10,202 nt of DNA from assembly GCA_031372565.1 (NCBI GenBank), contig JANMLN010000110.1, positions 1 through 10,202 on the forward strand. The letters are read 5' to 3'. The notes under the pieces were generated by a model. That model was given only the letters and a program-made list of their open reading frames with translations. It was not told the DNA's origin and did no database searches. Shown here in pieces: positions 6,165 to 10,202 of this stretch. The position numbers and the translations under genes are program-made. Origin of the DNA: Gemmatimonadota bacterium (GTDB lineage: Bacteria; Gemmatimonadota; Gemmatimonadetes; Gemmatimonadales; Gemmatimonadaceae). The first letter of the stretch is position 1, and every line of letters begins with the position of its first letter.

Positions 6165-6224
6165 GACATTTCCGGGACCGGCCAGCCCGCAGGGAGAGCA
6201 ATCCTTGCGGGCCGACCGGATGTC
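6165..6224 (+). terminator. Strong GC stem-loop just after amtB (terminator or mRNA stabiliser; no U-tract)
   Basis: GCCCGCAGGGA (6185-6195) pairs with TCCTTGCGGGC (6202-6212), 11 bp with one G-U, loop GAGCAA. An outer stem GACAT(TT)CCGG / CCGGATGTC is possible. Confidence 0.5.
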
Positions 6225-6275
6225 CAACGGGTACCTGTGCGCCAGCGGTATATCGACCGTGGCCCCAGCCCCGAG

Positions 6276-8768
6276 ATGCCTCCCGCCTCCGACCGAACCC
6301 TCCGCGTGCCCGTAAGCGATGTGCGTGCGCTCCTGCAGCGCGCACTTGGCGACGCGTATGCCATCGAGCGCGAGCTCGGTGGCGGCGGCATGGCGTACGT
6401 GTTCGTCGCGCTCGATCGGGCACTCGAGCGGCGTGTCGTCGTGAAGGTCCTGCCGCCGGAACTCACGGCCACCTTGAGCGTCGAACGGTTCCGTCGCGAG
6501 ATCCTCATGGCGGCGGCCATGCAGCACCCGCACATCGTACCCGTGCTCTCGAGCGGCGTGGCCGAAGGACTGCCGTACTTCCTGATGCCGTTCGTCGAAG
6601 GGGAATCGCTGCGCGAGACGGTGCGGCGCGGGCCGATGGCCATTCGCGAGGTCGTCAACGTGCTGCGGGACGTCGCGCGCGCGCTGGCCTTTGCCCACGA
6701 GCGCGGCGTGGTGCATCGCGACATCAAGCCGGACAACGTGCTGCTCACGTCGGGTTCCGCGACCGTGACCGACTTCGGCGTGGCCAAGGCGCTCACGTCG
6801 GCGCGCACGCCGTCGCGCTTTCACGAACACGGCACGCTCACGGGGCAGGGGATGTCGCTCGGGACGCCGGCGTACATGGCCCCCGAGCAGGCGGCCGGTG
6901 ACCCCGACGCTGATCACCGCGCCGACATCTATGCGCTGGGCATTGTCGGGTACGAGATGCTCACGGGAAAGCCGCCGTTCACGGGCAAGAGTCCCCAGGC
7001 GCTCCTTGCCGCGCAGTTGGCCGAGGTCCCGGTTCCGGTGCAGCAGAAGCGGAAGGACGTGCCCGATGCCCTCGCGGCGATCGTGATGCAATGCCTGGAG
7101 AAGGACGCCGACGCCAGACCGCAATCGGCGGAGGCGCTGGTGGAGCGGCTGGAGGATCCGGCCGTCGTGAGCGGCACCTTCTCCACCGCATCGCGCGACG
7201 CCATGGCGGCCGCTGCGCTCAAGCGCGGACCGATGCTGGCGGTGGCCATCGCCATTGTTGCGCTGGCCGGCATCGGTGGGGCGCTCATGATGCGCGCGCG
7301 CGACGAGCGCGCGGGGAGCGTGTCCGGGGCGGTGAGTCCGGTCGCTGCGGCGCCCGCGCCCAACTCGCTCGCGGTGCTGCCGTTCACATCGATCGGGCCG
7401 GACACGCAGGACGTGTATCTGGCGGAGGGGATCACCGCGGAGCTGACCTCCTCGCTCTCTCGGATCGCGGGGCTGCGCGTGGCGTCGCGCATGCAGGCGA
7501 GCGACCTCCGGCAACAAGGGGGCGACATGGCCGCGCTTGGCCGGGCGCTCAGTGTCGCCAACCTGCTCGAGGGGACGGTCCAGCGCGACGGCAAGCGGCT
7601 GCGTCTGACCGCGCGCCTGGTACGCGTCGCGGACGGGATCACGCTCTGGAGCGACGTGTTCGAGCGCGAAGCGACGGATGTGTTCAGGGTGCAGAGCGCG
7701 CTGGCGCGGTCGATCACGCAGGCGCTCACGCCCGAACTCGCGTCGGTGGACACGACGCAGGGGGCCGAGCGCGAGGTGGACCCGCGGGCGTATGACGCGT
7801 ACCTGCGCGGGCGCGAGTTGTTGTCGCGGCCGGGGCCGGGGTCGCTGCAGGCGGCGCAGGCGCAGTTCCGCGCCGCGATCGCGCGCGACGCGAGCTTTGC
7901 GCTGGGCCATGCCGGGTTGGCCGACGCCTACGCCATCCAGACGATCATGTCGCCAGTGCCGAGCGATTCGAGCGTCACGACGGGGCTGCGCGAGGCGGAG
8001 CGGGCGCTCGCGCTCGACAGCACACTTGGCGAGGGGTATGCGGCGCGCGGCCACCTGCGCTCGCTCTCCGGCGACGGTGCGCGGGCGGAGGCCGATCTGG
8101 CACGCGCGGTGAAGCTGGCGCCGGCCTATGCCAACGGGCAGCTCTGGTACGGTGAGCATCTGGCCCGCAGCGGGCGCGCCACCGAGGGGTTGGTCTCGCT
8201 GCGCAAGGCGCGTGCGCTCGACCCGAATTCGCCGATCATCGCGGGGTCGCTCGCGCTCGCCTACGCCTCGGCGGGCAAGGCCGACTCGGCGCGGCTGCTG
8301 GCCGACGATCTGGTGGAGCTCGATCCGTCGATTCCGATCGCGCGCGCGGTGCGTGCGCGCGTGATGCGCGACGCGGGCGACGAGCGCGGATCGCTGAAGG
8401 AACTCGAGGCTGCGGTCTCGCTCTCGGGTGGCGGGGCTCCGTTTGTCGGTCTCTTGGGGGGCGCGTACGCCGAGGCCGGGCAGGCGGCGCAGGCGCAGGC
8501 CGCGCTCTCGCGACTGCTCAAGCTGCCCAACGCGCCGGGGGCACCGGGCGCAATCGCGGTGGTGTACCTCGGGCTGCGAGATACGGCCAACGCGCTGCGC
8601 TGGCTGGTGAAGGCGGCGGAGCGGAAAGACGTGCTGTTCCGCGTGAGCACGCTGGCGGACCGGGAGTTTGATCAGGTGCGGACCGACCCGCGGTATGCGG
8701 AGGTGGCCAAGCGGTTGGGGTTGCCGGGGGCGGTCGCGCCGACGGGGGGCGCGCTGGCGCCGAAGTAG
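6276..8768 (+). CDS. Hanks-type Ser/Thr protein kinase with one TM helix, a TolB-like domain and TPR repeats; start uncertain (GTG 6237, ATG 6276 or GTG 6306)
   Basis: ELGGGGM, VVVK, FRREI, HRDIKPDN, DFG, GTPAYMAPEQ and DIYALG are all intact. Hydrophobic MLAVAIAIVALAGIGGALMM at about 7233-7292. SLAVLPF...YLAEGITAEL...LRVASR is TolB-N-like. Ala-rich TPR-like helices follow (AYDAYLRG, ALALD, ARALDP). Confidence 0.93.
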   Translation: MPPASDRTLRVPVSDVRALLQRALGDAYAIERELGGGGMAYVFVALDRALERRVVVKVLPPELTATLSVERFRREILMAAAMQHPHIVPVLSSGVAEGLPYFLMPFVEGESLRETVRRGPMAIREVVNVLRDVARALAFAHERGVVHRDIKPDNVLLTSGSATVTDFGVAKALTSARTPSRFHEHGTLTGQGMSLGTPAYMAPEQAAGDPDADHRADIYALGIVGYEMLTGKPPFTGKSPQALLAAQLAEVPVPVQQKRKDVPDALAAIVMQCLEKDADARPQSAEALVERLEDPAVVSGTFSTASRDAMAAAALKRGPMLAVAIAIVALAGIGGALMMRARDERAGSVSGAVSPVAAAPAPNSLAVLPFTSIGPDTQDVYLAEGITAELTSSLSRIAGLRVASRMQASDLRQQGGDMAALGRALSVANLLEGTVQRDGKRLRLTARLVRVADGITLWSDVFEREATDVFRVQSALARSITQALTPELASVDTTQGAEREVDPRAYDAYLRGRELLSRPGPGSLQAAQAQFRAAIARDASFALGHAGLADAYAIQTIMSPVPSDSSVTTGLREAERALALDSTLGEGYAARGHLRSLSGDGARAEADLARAVKLAPAYANGQLWYGEHLARSGRATEGLVSLRKARALDPNSPIIAGSLALAYASAGKADSARLLADDLVELDPSIPIARAVRARVMRDAGDERGSLKELEAAVSLSGGGAPFVGLLGGAYAEAGQAAQAQAALSRLLKLPNAPGAPGAIAVVYLGLRDTANALRWLVKAAERKDVLFRVSTLADREFDQVRTDPRYAEVAKRLGLPGAVAPTGGALAPK

Positions 8769-8792
8769 GGCGGGTCAGGGGGGCGGTCGAGT

Positions 8793-8831
8793 CGTTGCTT
8801 GTTGCCTGGTGGAAGCGTTGCTTCTTGCCTG
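8793..8831. repeat. 16-bp direct repeat CGTTGCTT(G/C)TTGCCTG x2, period 23
   Basis: 8793-8808 and 8816-8831 match at 15 of 16 positions. Confidence 0.8.
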
Positions 8832-8944
8832 ACACAGGCGTGGCATCGTGACGAGACAGCGGGACGGTCAGCTGAAGTCCGCGGCCGGTTCCCTCCGCGC
8901 GGTCCGCGCCGCAGCTTTGCGCTGTCTCTCACTCCCGACTCGCC

Positions 8945-10202
8945 ATGCGCCTCGCACTCCGCGCCGCCGCCGCACTTTCGCTGCTGGCCGCTCCCGCTCT
9001 CCCCCTGCACGCACAGGCCGCCCCCAAGGTCACCGCGATCAAGGCCACGCGCCTGATCGTTGGTGACGGCACGCAGATCGACAACCCGGTCGTGATCGTC
9101 ACGGGGGAGAACATCACCGCGGTGGGCACGGCCGCGAAGGTGAGCATCCCGAAGGGCGCGACGATCATCGACCTGACCGGACACACGATCCTGCCCGGGC
9201 TCATCGACTGCCATACGCACATCACGTCGTACGACGCCGACGGCGGCGACATGTCGGTGCTCAAGGAGACGGCGGCGCATCAGGGCGTCTACGGCACGAT
9301 CAACGCCAAGAAGACGATCGACGCGGGGTTCACCACGATCCGCGACGTCGGCGCCACGCACTTTGCCGATGTCGCGGTGCGCGACCTGATCGCGAAAGGG
9401 GTGATGCCGGGGCCGCGCCTCTATGTGGCGGGGCCGTCGCTGGGCATCATCGGTGGCCACGCCGACGTGAACGGGTGGAGCCCCGATCTCAACATTCCCG
9501 GCACCGGCGTGATGGTGACCGGTGTGGATGAGGTGCGGCGCCAGGTGCGCACCAACGTGAAGTTCGGCGCCGACCACATCAAGCTGACCGCAACCGGTGG
9601 CATTCTCTCGAGTGGCGACGCGGTGACGGCCTCGGCATTCGCCGATGACGAGCTGCGTGCGGCGGTGCAGGAGGCGAACAAGCTCGGCCGACGCGTGGCG
9701 GCGCATGCGCACGGCGCGGATGGACTCCTGCAGGCCGTGAATGCCGGCGTGAGCAGCATCGAGCACGGTTCGCTGATCGACGATCGGGGGATCGCGGCCA
9801 TGAAGACGCACGGCACGTATCTCGTGCCGACGCTGCTCATCCTCGAGGACATCATCAAGAGCGGCGTGAAGAACGGCACGCCGCAGTACGCGATCGACAA
9901 GGCGAAGGCGATCGAGATCGACCGCAACAAGCGGCTGCGCGCGGCCTACCAGCAGGGCGTCAAGTTCGCGTTCGGCACCGATGCCACGAGCGACATCCAC
10001 GGCCGCAACGGGGAGGAGTTCGCCCTCATGGTGCGCATCCTCGGCGCCACGCCGATGGACGCGATCACGACCGCCACGAAGAACGGGGCGGACCTGATCG
10101 GGATCGGTGACAAGACCGGCACGATCACGACGGGGAAGTGGGCCGACATCATTGCCGTCGAGGGGAATCCGCTGGACGACGTGCGGAAGCTCGAGACGGT
10201 GG
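8945..10202 (+). CDS. Secreted metal-dependent amidohydrolase (Xaa-Pro dipeptidase/carboxypeptidase-like subgroup), truncated by the window edge
   Basis: My translation starts MRLALRAAAALSLLAAPALPLHA-QAAPK (Sec signal-like). It then shows LPGLIDCHTH (HxH), AGFTTIRDVG, GGHAD, GADHIK (carboxylated Lys position), AAHAHG, SIEHG, AFGTD and GKWADIIAVEGNPL. Open for 419 codons with no stop, so it is absent from the ORF track. Confidence 0.93.
   Translation, partial: MRLALRAAAALSLLAAPALPLHAQAAPKVTAIKATRLIVGDGTQIDNPVVIVTGENITAVGTAAKVSIPKGATIIDLTGHTILPGLIDCHTHITSYDADGGDMSVLKETAAHQGVYGTINAKKTIDAGFTTIRDVGATHFADVAVRDLIAKGVMPGPRLYVAGPSLGIIGGHADVNGWSPDLNIPGTGVMVTGVDEVRRQVRTNVKFGADHIKLTATGGILSSGDAVTASAFADDELRAAVQEANKLGRRVAAHAHGADGLLQAVNAGVSSIEHGSLIDDRGIAAMKTHGTYLVPTLLILEDIIKSGVKNGTPQYAIDKAKAIEIDRNKRLRAAYQQGVKFAFGTDATSDIHGRNGEEFALMVRILGATPMDAITTATKNGADLIGIGDKTGTITTGKWADIIAVEGNPLDDVRKLETV

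Noticed and set aside
4713..8159. 1148-aa minus-strand ORF
   Set aside because: Antisense shadow of amtB and the kinase; Arg/His-rich with no domain motifs.
8672..10000. 442-aa minus-strand ORF
   Set aside because: Antisense shadow of the plus-strand amidohydrolase, which carries all the family motifs.

Overview
High-GC bacterial window. The kinase-TolB-TPR protein and the long-form IspH suggest Gemmatimonadota; this is inference, not verified. Left to right: the degenerate trailer end of a type I-E-like CRISPR array (no cas genes in the window); a tandem-domain universal stress protein (-); a soluble pyridine nucleotide transhydrogenase sthA (-) divergent from ispH (+); a REP-like 25-bp inverted-repeat element with a 17-bp tandem duplication; a glnK-amtB operon; a membrane Ser/Thr kinase with TolB-like and TPR domains; and a secreted amidohydrolase that runs off the right edge and is missing from the ORF track. 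Most genes belong to known families. The best candidate for undescribed biology is the nitrogen module. Its PII lacks Tyr51, Ser49 and Gln39, and has a T-loop Thr50 plus a 24-aa C-terminal extension. Its AmtB has a Ser/Thr-rich tail. A receptor kinase follows directly, and the glnK leader is structured and contains uORFs. All functional links between these parts are hypotheses.
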